NCBI GenBank assembly: GCA_965204755.1
Contig: OZ242011.1
Coordinates: 992,001-1,056,000, forward strand
DNA from: Candidatus Marinacidobacterium sp.
GTDB taxonomy: Bacteria > Acidobacteriota > Vicinamibacteria > Marinacidobacterales > Marinacidobacteraceae
Length of the DNA stretch: 64,000 bases
Direction of reading: 5' to 3'
A program made the position numbers and the translations under genes. Shown here in pieces: positions 49,376 through 59,176 of this stretch (its first letter is position 1; each line of letters starts with the position of its first letter). Under the pieces are notes generated by a model. It worked only from the letters and a program-made list of their open reading frames with translations, did no database searches and was not told the origin of the DNA.

Positions 49376-51790
49376 TCAGAACCGGAAGAGGCGGGTGAAC
49401 TTGACGATGAAACTGCGCTCTTCGAGCGCCGGGTAACCGGGCGAGAGCGTGTCGCGCTGCGAGTTGTACACCACGAACAGGTCGCTGCCCGGCTGGTATT
49501 CCCAGCGGAACCGGATGTTCGTGGAGAGGCTGTCGGCGGCGGTGTTGTATTGGAGGAAGGCGGCGAAGAAACTGCGCGGCGAGAGCGTGTAGTTCACCCG
49601 CGCGGCGAGCAGGCGGGTGTCGTAGTCGCCGCGCGGCAACTCGATCCAGTTCAGGGAAACCAGCGGTTCGAGCGTGAGACGCGGCATCACTTCCACCCGC
49701 CCGCGCCACGCCAGTTCGCGCCGGGTCCCGTCGAAGAAGCCTCCCTGCTGGAAGGCGAAGTTGCCGGAGATCGGCCGCTGCGGGCCGGCCTGGTAACTCA
49801 CGCGGGCGTAGTCGAAGTCGTAGGCGCCGACCGGAACCGCCAGGTCGGCGCCGAGCGCGAAGTCCTCGCTCAGCACTTCCCGGTTCCGGGCGAACCTCAG
49901 GTTCAGGCTGTCGCCGTGTTCGAGTTCCACATCGCTCCGGAGCGAGAAGATGCGGGTTTCGAGCACATTCTCGTTGTCGGTGGTGTAGTCCACGCTGGCG
50001 GTCCCGCCGATCTTCCGCAGCCAGGAGATCGAGTGCGGGCGCGGGCTGAAGCGCGCCTCGGCGTAGTTCCGGCGGAAGTCGCGCCGCCGGAGGAAACCGA
50101 TCCCCGGGTCGAACCTGTCACCGACGACCAGCCGTTCGACCTGCAGGCCGTAGCGGTCGCCGTTGTAGTCCAACTGGCCGAGGTAACTCAGGCCGGTCCG
50201 GTCTTCGAGTTCGTTCTGCGTCCACGCGGCGTAACCGCGCAGGTCGAGGTGCTGGAAGAAACCGAACCGCGCGTCCACGCCTCCGGCGAAGTTCCGGCCG
50301 AGACCGTTCGACGAATCGGAGCGGTAGGTTCCCATCACCCCGACGGTGCTGCGGGCGAGGATGTCGCGCTTCAGGCGGAATACCGAGAAGTCGGTCTGCG
50401 GTTCGCCGCCGGTCCCGTCGGCGGTCAGGTCGGTCGCCCCGGTGCGGATGGCGAGCGCCCCGAGCGTGTAGTCGCCGATCTTCCCGGTGACCCGGCCGCC
50501 GGCGGTGATCGGGACGGCCAAACCCCCCGAGAGCCCGATGCGGCGGCTGAAGAAGAGGACCGGCGTGCTGCTCGGCGGACCGAAACTGCGGGTGGATCCG
50601 GCCGGCGGCGCGCGCGTCGAAGTGCCGAAACCGAAGATGCCCTGCCCTTCGAGGAAGAACTCGCGCTTTTCCGGGAAGAACAGGCTGAACCGGGTGAGGT
50701 TGACCTGCTGGGCGTCCGCTTCCACCTGCGCGAAGTCGGTGTTCCAGGTGAGGTCGGCGGTGAGGCCGCTGGTGATGCCGATCTTGGCGTCGCCGCCGAA
50801 GTCGCCGTGGAAGGTGTTCTCGAACGCGCCTTCGGCGGCGAACGAACCGGCGGAGTCGCCGATCAGGTAGGGCTTGACTTCGAAGGTGCGGCTGCTCGCC
50901 GGGGCGTCGAGGCCGACCAGCGTGCCGGCGGAACTCACCTTCGTGATGGCGCGCGGCCCGAGCGCCGCCGGCACTTTCGTCAGGTAGGAGATCTCGTTCT
51001 TCCAGCGGACGACCCGGCGGAAGTTGATACCCCAGACCTGCGGCCCGCCGCCGGGATAGCGCAGCGTCTTGAACGGGATCGCCATCTCCATCGTCCAGCC
51101 GTCATCGGTGCGCTGCGCGCGGGAATCCCAGACCGCCGTCCAGTCCCGGTTCACATTCCGCTCGTCCACGATGAGCCCGTCGAAGAAACCGCCGACGGGA
51201 TTCATGTAGAAGAAGAAGGCGTTCCGGCGGTCGTAGAAGGTGTCGAAGATGACCGCGAGGTTCTCGTTGTTGAAGATGCCGAAGTTGTCGCGCCGCATCT
51301 CGGTGGCCACCATGCGGTCCGGCTGGCTGTCGTAACACCGCCCGGCGATATAGACGGTGTCGTCGTCGTAGAAGACCCAGACCTCGGTCTGTTCGGTGGC
51401 CGGCTCCCCTTCGAGCGGCAGCGCCTGGATGAAACCGCCCACTCCCGGCACCCGGTCGTAGATGGGATCGTCGAGCCGGCCGTCGAACTCGAACGGGCCT
51501 TCGAGCCGGGCGGCGCGCATGGTGGCGCGGCCGGCCTCGTCGCGCCGCACCATCTCCGGGAGGTCCGGGGGCGCCGGGCCCCGGATGACGATGGTGGGGG
51601 TATCGTCGGGTTCGGTCGGCGCCGTCGACGCCGCGCCGGCGCGGTTCGCGTCGTCGGGAAGCGCCGCCGACGCCTGGTCGGCCTCGCCGCGCTGCTGCGC
51701 GGGCCCGGAGGAAAGGGCGAGGGCCGGCGCCGGCGTTACCACCGCCGCGACGAACGCGAACGCGGCGAGCCGGCGTTTCGAGTGATCCAC
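49376..51790 (-). CDS. DUF5916-family outer-membrane protein (CBM9-like N-domain + beta-barrel)
   Basis: DGRLDD, EMAIPFKTLRY, WGINFRR, NTDFAQVEAD, FFPEKREFFLEG; ends in Phe. Confidence 0.85.
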   Translation of the reverse strand: MDHSKRRLAAFAFVAAVVTPAPALALSSGPAQQRGEADQASAALPDDANRAGAASTAPTEPDDTPTIVIRGPAPPDLPEMVRRDEAGRATMRAARLEGPFEFDGRLDDPIYDRVPGVGGFIQALPLEGEPATEQTEVWVFYDDDTVYIAGRCYDSQPDRMVATEMRRDNFGIFNNENLAVIFDTFYDRRNAFFFYMNPVGGFFDGLIVDERNVNRDWTAVWDSRAQRTDDGWTMEMAIPFKTLRYPGGGPQVWGINFRRVVRWKNEISYLTKVPAALGPRAITKVSSAGTLVGLDAPASSRTFEVKPYLIGDSAGSFAAEGAFENTFHGDFGGDAKIGITSGLTADLTWNTDFAQVEADAQQVNLTRFSLFFPEKREFFLEGQGIFGFGTSTRAPPAGSTRSFGPPSSTPVLFFSRRIGLSGGLAVPITAGGRVTGKIGDYTLGALAIRTGATDLTADGTGGEPQTDFSVFRLKRDILARSTVGVMGTYRSDSSNGLGRNFAGGVDARFGFFQHLDLRGYAAWTQNELEDRTGLSYLGQLDYNGDRYGLQVERLVVGDRFDPGIGFLRRRDFRRNYAEARFSPRPHSISWLRKIGGTASVDYTTDNENVLETRIFSLRSDVELEHGDSLNLRFARNREVLSEDFALGADLAVPVGAYDFDYARVSYQAGPQRPISGNFAFQQGGFFDGTRRELAWRGRVEVMPRLTLEPLVSLNWIELPRGDYDTRLLAARVNYTLSPRSFFAAFLQYNTAADSLSTNIRFRWEYQPGSDLFVVYNSQRDTLSPGYPALEERSFIVKFTRLFRF

Positions 51791-51870
51791 CGGGACGACG
51801 GGATGGGCGGAACGCGGGAGGGCGAGCGCGGCCGCGAACGGCGGACGAACGGCGGCGGAACCGGGCGCGG

Positions 51871-54543
51871 TCAGAACCGGAACAGGCGGGTGAACTTGAC
51901 CACCAGCGTCCGGTCCGTGAGCCCGAGGACTTCCCCGGAGAGCCCGTCGTCCGCTTCCCGGTTCGTGCTGAACACCACGAACAGGTCGCTGCCCGGCGAA
52001 TACTCCCAGCGGTACCGCAGGTTCGCCGACCAGACCTCCGCCGCCGAGTTGTACTGGACGAGCGCGCCGAAGTAACTGCGCGGCGAGATCGTGTAGGAAG
52101 CCCGCACGCGGGCGAGCGTCGTCTGCACTTCGCCCGCCGGGACGCGAATCCAGTTCAGCCCCAGGTTCGGTTCCAGCGCGAGGCGTTCGTGCACCTCGGT
52201 GCGGCCCCAGTAACTCAGTTCCCGCCGGTCGCCGCCGAAGAAGTCGCCGAACTGGTAGCGGAAGTACCCGGAGACCGGCCGGTGCGAACCGAGCCAGTAG
52301 CGGACGCTGCCGCGCGAGAACCGGTATTCCCCGGCGGGAACGCCGACTTCGTCCACCAGGTCGAAACCGTCGAGCAGCCGTTCCTCGGTATGCGAATAGT
52401 CGAAGACCAACCGGTCGCTGCTCTCGAAGATGGTGCGCAGTTCGACCACATACTCGCGGGTCTCCAACTCGCCGTCGGGGCGGTCGTAGTTGGCCGCATC
52501 GACCTTCACCTCGAACTGCCGGATCGCATCGATCCCGGACGGCCGCGGCGCCAACTTGAGACTGCCGGCGGTCTTGACGAAGTCGCGCCGCCGCACGAAA
52601 CCCATACCCGGGTCGAACAGGTCGCCGAGGTAGAGCCGCTCCGCCGAAACCCCGATCAGGTCCGTGTCGTAGCGCACCTGGCCGAGATAACTCGCGTTCT
52701 CGATCCCGCCCCACGACTCGGTGTTCGAGTCGCGCGTCGCCATGTAGAAGGTGTTGATGCGCAGGTGCTCCGTCGGCGCGAAGTTGCCGTCCACGCCGTA
52801 GAGCGTGTTCGGCCCGCCGCTGCCCTCGTCGAAACTGCGGTGCGTGGCGATCACGCCGATGTTGCTGCGCGAGAAGATGTCGCGCTTCACCCGGAACGCG
52901 CTGAAGTTGGTGGCGTCCACGCCGAGGTCGTCCTGCGCCTGCGTCTGGATGTTGAGCAGCCCCATCGAATAGGCGCCGGCGCGTCCGTGGAGCCGGGCGC
53001 CGCCGAGTATGGGCACCGCGCTCGACCCGGAGATCCCGATGGACCGGCTGAAGAAGGGAATGGGAATGTCGGTCGGCCCGCCGAACGCGCGGCTCTCCCG
53101 GCCGCCGAAGTCGAACACGCCCTGCCCTTCGAGGAAGAACTCGCGCTTCTCCGGGAAGAACAGGCTGAACCGGCTCAGGTTGACCTGCGACTCGTCGTCC
53201 TCGACCTGCGCGAAGTCGGTGTTCCAGGTGAGGTCGGCGGTCAGGCCTTCGGTGACCCCGAACTTGAAGTCCGCGCCGAAGTCGCCGGTGAGGTCGTTCG
53301 TCACGCTGTCGAGCGGCCGGTGCGCCTGCCCGCCGATCGCGTAGGGCTTCAACTCCATGCGGCGAGAACCCGGCGGCGCGACGAGCCCCACCAGCGTAGC
53401 CGCTTCGGAGAGGCGCAGCAGCGCGTCGCGGCTGTAGGCCTGCGAAAGCGGCGTGAAGAACGCGCGTTCGTTCTTGTGCTTGATCAGGCGGCGGAAGTTG
53501 ATGCCCCACAGTTGCGCCCCGCCGGAGGCGTAACGGAGCGAGCGGAAGGGGATCCGCATCTCCACGCTCCAACCGCGTTCGGTGGGCGCGCCTTCGGAAT
53601 ACCAGACGGTGTTCCAGTCGCTGTTCGTGTTGCGCTCGTCGGTGACCTGCGCGTCGAAGAGGCCGCCCTGCTCGTTGGTATGGAAGAGGAAACCGTTCCG
53701 CCGGTCGTAGAAGGTGTCGAGGATGACGGAGAAACTGTCCTGCCAGCCGATGTTCCGGTGGTCGCGCCGCATCTCGCCGCCGATGATGCGGTCGCGGCGC
53801 TGTTCCAGGTCGGCGGAGACATAGAGGCTGTCGCGGTCGTAGAAGACCCAGACGCGCGTGGGTTCGGAGACGGGCGCGCCTTCGAGGGGCTCCTGCTGGA
53901 GGAATCCCTCGGCGGCGGGGACTTCGTCGTACACCGGGTCGTCGAGGACGCCGTCCACGGTGACCCCTTCCGCGAGCGGCCAGGCGCGCAAGGTGACCCG
54001 CCCGTCGTCACTCCGCCGCGCCGACTCCCCGGCGGCGGGCGCCGGCGGGCCGAGGATGCGCCGGGCGAGGGATTCCGGGGGCGGCGGCGGGCGGTCGTCC
54101 GCGACCCGGCCGGCGCCGCGGTCGAGGTCGTCGCGGCCGCGGTCGAGTTCGTCGCCGCCCTGGGGCTCGTTGTCCGGGGCGTCCCGGTCCAAGTCGGCAG
54201 TGGCCGCGGCAGCCTCGGCCGCCAAGGCGAAGTCACCCGGAGCGAAGTCCGACGGAGCCCGCCGGGGCCGTTCGGAGTCGCTCGCCCCGTCCCGCTCTTC
54301 CCCCGCCGAACCCGGCGAGGCCGCGACCGCGGCGAACAGCCCGACCAGCGCGGCGGCCGCCGCCCGCCGCGGCGCGAGGGACGGCCGGGTCGGGCGGCCG
54401 GCGGGCCGGACCGGAAAGTCCCCGGGGAAGTCGTCGGAGAAGTCGCCCGGGAAGTCGCCGGGGCGCACCGATCCCGTAACGCGGAGGGAGGATGGCGCCC
54501 GCCGGGGGCGCGCGGAGAACCGGAACAACGGAGCGCTGGCCAA
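51871..54543 (-). CDS. DUF5916-family outer-membrane protein, tandem paralog
   Basis: Same motifs and identical C-terminus VKFTRLFRF. Start uncertain. Confidence 0.85.
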   Translation of the reverse strand: MASAPLFRFSARPRRAPSSLRVTGSVRPGDFPGDFSDDFPGDFPVRPAGRPTRPSLAPRRAAAAALVGLFAAVAASPGSAGEERDGASDSERPRRAPSDFAPGDFALAAEAAAATADLDRDAPDNEPQGGDELDRGRDDLDRGAGRVADDRPPPPPESLARRILGPPAPAAGESARRSDDGRVTLRAWPLAEGVTVDGVLDDPVYDEVPAAEGFLQQEPLEGAPVSEPTRVWVFYDRDSLYVSADLEQRRDRIIGGEMRRDHRNIGWQDSFSVILDTFYDRRNGFLFHTNEQGGLFDAQVTDERNTNSDWNTVWYSEGAPTERGWSVEMRIPFRSLRYASGGAQLWGINFRRLIKHKNERAFFTPLSQAYSRDALLRLSEAATLVGLVAPPGSRRMELKPYAIGGQAHRPLDSVTNDLTGDFGADFKFGVTEGLTADLTWNTDFAQVEDDESQVNLSRFSLFFPEKREFFLEGQGVFDFGGRESRAFGGPTDIPIPFFSRSIGISGSSAVPILGGARLHGRAGAYSMGLLNIQTQAQDDLGVDATNFSAFRVKRDIFSRSNIGVIATHRSFDEGSGGPNTLYGVDGNFAPTEHLRINTFYMATRDSNTESWGGIENASYLGQVRYDTDLIGVSAERLYLGDLFDPGMGFVRRRDFVKTAGSLKLAPRPSGIDAIRQFEVKVDAANYDRPDGELETREYVVELRTIFESSDRLVFDYSHTEERLLDGFDLVDEVGVPAGEYRFSRGSVRYWLGSHRPVSGYFRYQFGDFFGGDRRELSYWGRTEVHERLALEPNLGLNWIRVPAGEVQTTLARVRASYTISPRSYFGALVQYNSAAEVWSANLRYRWEYSPGSDLFVVFSTNREADDGLSGEVLGLTDRTLVVKFTRLFRF

Positions 54544-54736
54544 GAGCCGCCGGCCGCAGGAGTGACTCGCCCGGAAGCGGCGGGAGTCTAGCCGTCCCCG
54601 CCGCGTTCCCGCGCCGGGGAAACGGAGTCCCGGAGCCGCTCACAGCGGCGCGCTGTCCCCGGCGCGGGCCGGGTCGGCGGGTCGGGCTCCATCGGGCTCG
54701 GTGGGTCCGTTCCGGGAGACGCGGAGGCCCCGCCGG

Positions 54737-55161
54737 AAAGACACAGGCTCGCGATCCGAAAAACACAGGCTCATGCCGGAAAGACACAGGCTCGACCAAA
54801 GACACAGGCTCCCGCGGCCAAAGACACAGGCTTCCGAAGAATCGGCGGTCTGCCCACCTGCGCCCGCCGCACGCTCGTGAGCCGTCCCATCGGCGCAAGA
54901 GATGCCGTTGTTCGGGCCTCCATGCGCGTTCGGGCCGCGTCCACCTCCCGGAACCGCGCCCTGCGCCGTTCCCCGGAGCGCCACCCCGCCGCACGCGTCC
55001 CAAGTCATATAACTGTAACTAAATCAAGGAGTTAGAATACAAAAACACAGGCTGCCGACCTAAAGACACAGGCTAAAGACACAGGCTCGCGGTCGAAAAA
55101 CACAGGCTAAAGACACAGGCTCGACCCAAAGACACAGGCTCCCCGCCGAAAGACACAGGGT
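54737..55161 (+). repeat. Intergenic array of twelve 13-bp direct repeats AAA(G/A)ACACAGGCT in two clusters
   Basis: Copies start at 54737, 54759, 54780, 54798, 54820, then 55041, 55062, 55075, 55096, 55109, 55128 and 55149 (last copy has one mismatch). Confidence 0.95.
55022..55034 (+). promoter_or_regulatory. IHF-binding consensus in AT-rich patch
   Basis: AATCAAGGAGTTA is a perfect match to WATCAANNNNTTR. Confidence 0.6.
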
Positions 55162-55265
55162 CCGACCTGCCGGAAGCGGGCGCGAGAGTCGCCCCGGACC
55201 GGCCTCCCGGCCGACCTCCGCGCGGCGGGAGGGCCGCATCCGGTATCGTCGGCAGCGGCGAACCC

Positions 55266-56330
55266 ATGTCTCGCGGAGAGTCCGAACGGCGGCCATCGGA
55301 GGAGGCGCTTTCCTCGGAGCCGGTAGAGACCGGGACGCAGCAGCCACCGAAGCCGGCGTCGGGGATTCCGGGCGCGCTCCGCCGGCTCGGAGGCGGCATC
55401 GCGGATCGGTGGCGACGAGTCGGCGGCCTGTCCGGTCTGCTGGCGCCGGTGGCCGACGGCGCCCGTTGGCTCTACCGGAACCGCAGCCGCATCGCCACCG
55501 GAGTCCGCCGGTTCGGCGAAGTCCTGGTGGCGATCCTGAAGACCGCCGCCCGCGTCGGCGCCGTCCTCGTCCGGATGGGCGAGGCGCTGGCCCGTCTCGA
55601 AGAGCAGCGCGCGGCCAAACCGATCGGGCCGGGCCGGAAACGAGCCGCCCGCGCCGGCGCCGGCCTCTCCCGATTCGGACGACGACTCGACGACTTCGGC
55701 CGGGGCCTGCTCCCGGTGGCGGACGGCATCGAGGACATCGGTGAACACCTCGAGAGCGCCGCCCCCGGAGACGCCACCCCCCTGCCCCCGGCGCTGCCGG
55801 ATCCGACGCCTCCCGCCGCTCCGTCCCGAGCGTCCGAGCGGGCGCCCGACCCCGCGCCCCCGCCTGCACCCCGGAAGGCCGGGACCGCTCCCGCGGGCCG
55901 CGTTTCCTCCCCGCCGCCGGCGAGTCCCGAAGCCGCGCCCGCTGTCGAGCCGCGCGCCCCCGAACCGGCCGCGCCGCCACCCGCGGCCGCCGAGCGCCCG
56001 CGTCCCGCCCCGAAGTCCGCCACCACCCGACCGAAGACACCGCGCGCCCCCGTCGCCGACGACCCGGCGGCGGCCCTCCCGGAGGAGTTGCTCACCCGCA
56101 TCCGCGGACTCCGCCGGCGCCCCGGCCGCGCCACGATGGAGACCCTCATCGAAGACATCTGCCGCGCCCGCGAGTGGAGCACCACCGCCGAACTCTCCGC
56201 CATCCTCGGCCGGGATTCCCGCAGTCTGAACCGGACCTACCTCAAACCCATGGCCGCCGCCGGCCGCCTCGTCCGCCGCTACCCGGACCGATTCAGCCAC
56301 CCCGACCAGGCCTTCCGGGCCGCGAAGTGA
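55266..56330 (+). CDS. Protein with amphipathic N-terminal helices, Pro-rich linker and C-terminal winged-HTH (Fic-like C-terminal type)
   Basis: C-terminal TTAELSAILGRDSRSLNRTYLKPMAAAGRLVRRYPDRFSHPDQAFRA. Confidence 0.72.
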   Translation: MSRGESERRPSEEALSSEPVETGTQQPPKPASGIPGALRRLGGGIADRWRRVGGLSGLLAPVADGARWLYRNRSRIATGVRRFGEVLVAILKTAARVGAVLVRMGEALARLEEQRAAKPIGPGRKRAARAGAGLSRFGRRLDDFGRGLLPVADGIEDIGEHLESAAPGDATPLPPALPDPTPPAAPSRASERAPDPAPPPAPRKAGTAPAGRVSSPPPASPEAAPAVEPRAPEPAAPPPAAAERPRPAPKSATTRPKTPRAPVADDPAAALPEELLTRIRGLRRRPGRATMETLIEDICRAREWSTTAELSAILGRDSRSLNRTYLKPMAAAGRLVRRYPDRFSHPDQAFRAAK

Positions 56331-56672
56331 CGCCTCGACGAGAACGGCGCCTACGCCTGCCCCCCGCCCCGTTCTCGCTGCTTTTCCGGGAGACCCGCTT
56401 CGTGCTATATACGATTCTTGGCGTGCGCTCCCGTCCCGCCGGCGGTCCCGCGCCCGAAGGCGACCACGCCCCGACCGGCGGAGCGGTGGCGTCGGGCTCC
56501 GCCTCCCGGCCGCGCTCGGGCATGATGGTTTCTGTCGTGCTCCCGGAGAAGAATCCCCGTATCGCGCCCTTCGGCTCCCTCCGCGGGCGCGACCCCGCCG
56601 ATGTCCCGCACTTCTCTCTTCTGCCCCCCTGCGGCGAGTCCCTTCGTCCGCTTCGAGTCGGGTAAGTCGCCG

Positions 56673-57761
56673 ATGACCCGAACCGTGGAACGCTCGCTCG
56701 ACCCGGCGGCGCGCTTTCGCTTCATCGACCTCTTCGCCGGCATCGGCGGCATGCGCCGCGGCTTCGAAACGGCAGGCGGCCGGTGCGTGTTCACGAGCGA
56801 GTGGAACCGTTTCGCCCAGCAGACCTACGCCGCCAACCACGATTGCGACCACCCGCTCGTCGGTGACATCCGCGCCGTGGACAGCGAGGACATTCCCCCG
56901 CACGACCTTCTGTTGGCCGGCTTTCCGTGCCAACCCTTCTCCATCGCGGGCGTCTCGAAGAAGAACGCCCTGAACCGCCCTCACGGTTTCCGCTGCGAAG
57001 TCCAGGGAACACTCTTCTTCGAGATCGCCCGCATCCTTCGACACCACCGTCCGGCCGCATTCCTTCTCGAGAATGTCAAGAATCTCCTGAACCACGACCG
57101 CGGCCGCACCTTCGAGATCATCAAGACGACACTCGAAAAGGACTTGGGCTACACCGTCTCCTGCCGGGTCATCGACGCCCGCTCGTTCGTGCCCCAGCAC
57201 CGCGAACGAGTCTTCATCGCCGGATTCCGTGAGCCGACCCCCTTCTCGCTGGACGAGATGGCATTGCCTCCCCCGAACCGCGGTCCCCGCCTCCGGGAAG
57301 TGCTTCATCCGGAAGCCGGCCTCGAACCCGCGGAGCCTCCGTACACGGTCGGGCCCAAGGCACGCGTCTCGTCGCGGTACACGCTGACACCGCACCTCTG
57401 GACCTACCTCCAACAGTACGCCGAAAAGCACCGAAGCAAGGGGAACGGCTTCGGCTACGGCCTGGTCGGTCGCGGAGATGTCAGCCGGACGCTCTCCGCG
57501 CGTTACTACAAGGATGGCTCGGAAATCCTGGTCCGCCGGCCCGGTCCCGCCGCCCCGCGTCGCCTCACCCCCAGAGAGTGCGCTCGGCTGATGGGCTTCG
57601 ACCGGCCAGGGCGACCTCCTTTCGAGATCCCGGTCTCTGACACCCAAGCGTATCGCCAGTTCGGAAACGCCGTCGTCGTACCGGTAGTCGAGGCCGTGGC
57701 GCACCAAATGGTTCCACACCTCACCGGCATCGTCGCCGGGGCGGCGCGGCGTGTCGCCTGA
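56673..57761 (+). CDS. dcm: DNA cytosine-5 methyltransferase, Dcm/M.EcoRII-like
   Basis: [55 protein letters not shown]. Confidence 0.95.
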   Translation: MTRTVERSLDPAARFRFIDLFAGIGGMRRGFETAGGRCVFTSEWNRFAQQTYAANHDCDHPLVGDIRAVDSEDIPPHDLLLAGFPCQPFSIAGVSKKNALNRPHGFRCEVQGTLFFEIARILRHHRPAAFLLENVKNLLNHDRGRTFEIIKTTLEKDLGYTVSCRVIDARSFVPQHRERVFIAGFREPTPFSLDEMALPPPNRGPRLREVLHPEAGLEPAEPPYTVGPKARVSSRYTLTPHLWTYLQQYAEKHRSKGNGFGYGLVGRGDVSRTLSARYYKDGSEILVRRPGPAAPRRLTPRECARLMGFDRPGRPPFEIPVSDTQAYRQFGNAVVVPVVEAVAHQMVPHLTGIVAGAARRVA

Positions 57762-57810
57762 TTCCAGCGTCACCTGATGATCGCCACCCGCCGTCTCCCG
57801 AGTTAACCCG

Positions 57811-59082
57811 ATGTCCAACGCGCATCGTCTCCGCCGATGGATCGAGTCCGCCGCCACGGCACGGATCATCTACGCCAAGAGACTCTCCGGGAACGACACC
57901 TTGGCAAACGGCGCCAATCAGGCCGGACTCTATGTGAGCAAACCAGTCGCCTTCGACATCGCGCCATCCGTCGACACCGTGGACAAGGAGAACCCCAAGT
58001 CGTGGTTTCCGCTGACCATCGTGTCGCACGGCCTGCCTCAACGCGCTGTCGTGCTCACTTACTACAACAGCAAACGTATTTCCGAATCCAGGGACAGCGA
58101 CAAGGAGACGGAGGAGGAGGGGAAGAAGAAGACGAAGAGAGACGAGGTGCGAATAACCCGTTTCGGCGGCAGGAACTCGCCGCTTCTGAACCCGGACAGT
58201 ACCGGGGCATTGGCCATCTTTGCCTTTTTCCAATCCGGATCCGACCTGCGCTCCGAGGTTTGGGTCTGCCACCGTGAGGCCGAGGAGGAAATCGCCGAGG
58301 AGTGGCTCGGCATGGTTGATCCGGGGCGCACCGTTCTGTTCTACCCGGAGTCCGGGCTCCCGGTCATCCCTCAGCGAGTTGGAAAGTGCCGATTCTCGTC
58401 GGGCGAACTACCCCTTGCCTGGCGCGAGGCCTATCCGTCCGGCGAGGACATAGTCGCCAAGACGCTGGAGATTCTCCCGACCACGGCAGGTGACGCCGAC
58501 AAGCGCCTGCTGCGACGGCGACAGTGCGAGTTGGAGATCTTCGAGAGCATTCAGGAGGCGATCGAACTTCCGAGGGTGAAAGCCGGCTTCGACGGCTTGG
58601 GGCCGTTCCTGCAATGCGCGATGAGCATCGTCAACAGGCGCAAGTCCCGCAGCGGTCGGTCGCTCGAACTCCAAGTGCGGCAGATCCTGCTGGAGAGCGG
58701 ATTCGTTCAGGGTGAGCACTTCGACCACGATGTGATCTCCGAGGGTTCGAGCCGTCCCGACTTCGTGTTCCCGTCGCAAGCCGCGTACTCGAATCCTCGA
58801 TACGCGGAAAGCGATCTGCGGATGCTGGCGGTAAAGACTACCTGTCGCGATCGCTGGCGCCAGATCTTGACCGAAGCTCACCGCATCTCGTGCAAGCATC
58901 TGCTCACGCTGCAACGGGGCGTCAGCGAGAATCAATTCCGACAGATTCAGGAGGCGCGCGTCCGCCTCGTTGTGCCCGAGGATCTTCACAAGAGATATCT
59001 CGCCTCGATACGGCCTCACCTCCTGACGCTCGAAAAGTTTTTGAAGTCTTTGGGCTCGCTCCTCAATATCCCCGCTCGTTAG
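57811..59082 (+). CDS. EcoRII-like type IIE restriction endonuclease
   Basis: N-terminal KRLSGND...NQAGLY effector domain; NRRKSRSGRSLE, RPDFVFP, KTTCRDRWRQILTE. Confidence 0.92.
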   Translation: MSNAHRLRRWIESAATARIIYAKRLSGNDTLANGANQAGLYVSKPVAFDIAPSVDTVDKENPKSWFPLTIVSHGLPQRAVVLTYYNSKRISESRDSDKETEEEGKKKTKRDEVRITRFGGRNSPLLNPDSTGALAIFAFFQSGSDLRSEVWVCHREAEEEIAEEWLGMVDPGRTVLFYPESGLPVIPQRVGKCRFSSGELPLAWREAYPSGEDIVAKTLEILPTTAGDADKRLLRRRQCELEIFESIQEAIELPRVKAGFDGLGPFLQCAMSIVNRRKSRSGRSLELQVRQILLESGFVQGEHFDHDVISEGSSRPDFVFPSQAAYSNPRYAESDLRMLAVKTTCRDRWRQILTEAHRISCKHLLTLQRGVSENQFRQIQEARVRLVVPEDLHKRYLASIRPHLLTLEKFLKSLGSLLNIPAR

Positions 59083-59176
59083 TCGTGGGGCTCCTGTCAC
59101 GGCAGCCACGCGACAGGCCCGTCTCTTGACAACTCCTGCCGAACGGCGACCTCACCCGCTCGCAACACGGATCACC

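Noticed and set aside
49376-53572. 1398-aa fused DUF5916 protein
   Set aside because: The upstream part is an off-frame overlap of the paralog, which ends at 51871.
109-55003. Numerous long antisense or alternate-frame ORFs (e.g. 5897-9748, 11430-15086, 14257-18300, 37840-41271, 49220-52075)
   Set aside because: Shadow ORFs from high GC and stop-codon scarcity; they overlap well-supported genes and lack motifs.
54737-55161. CRISPR array
   Set aside because: Repeats are only 13 bp, spacers are 0-9 bp and related to each other, and no cas genes are present.
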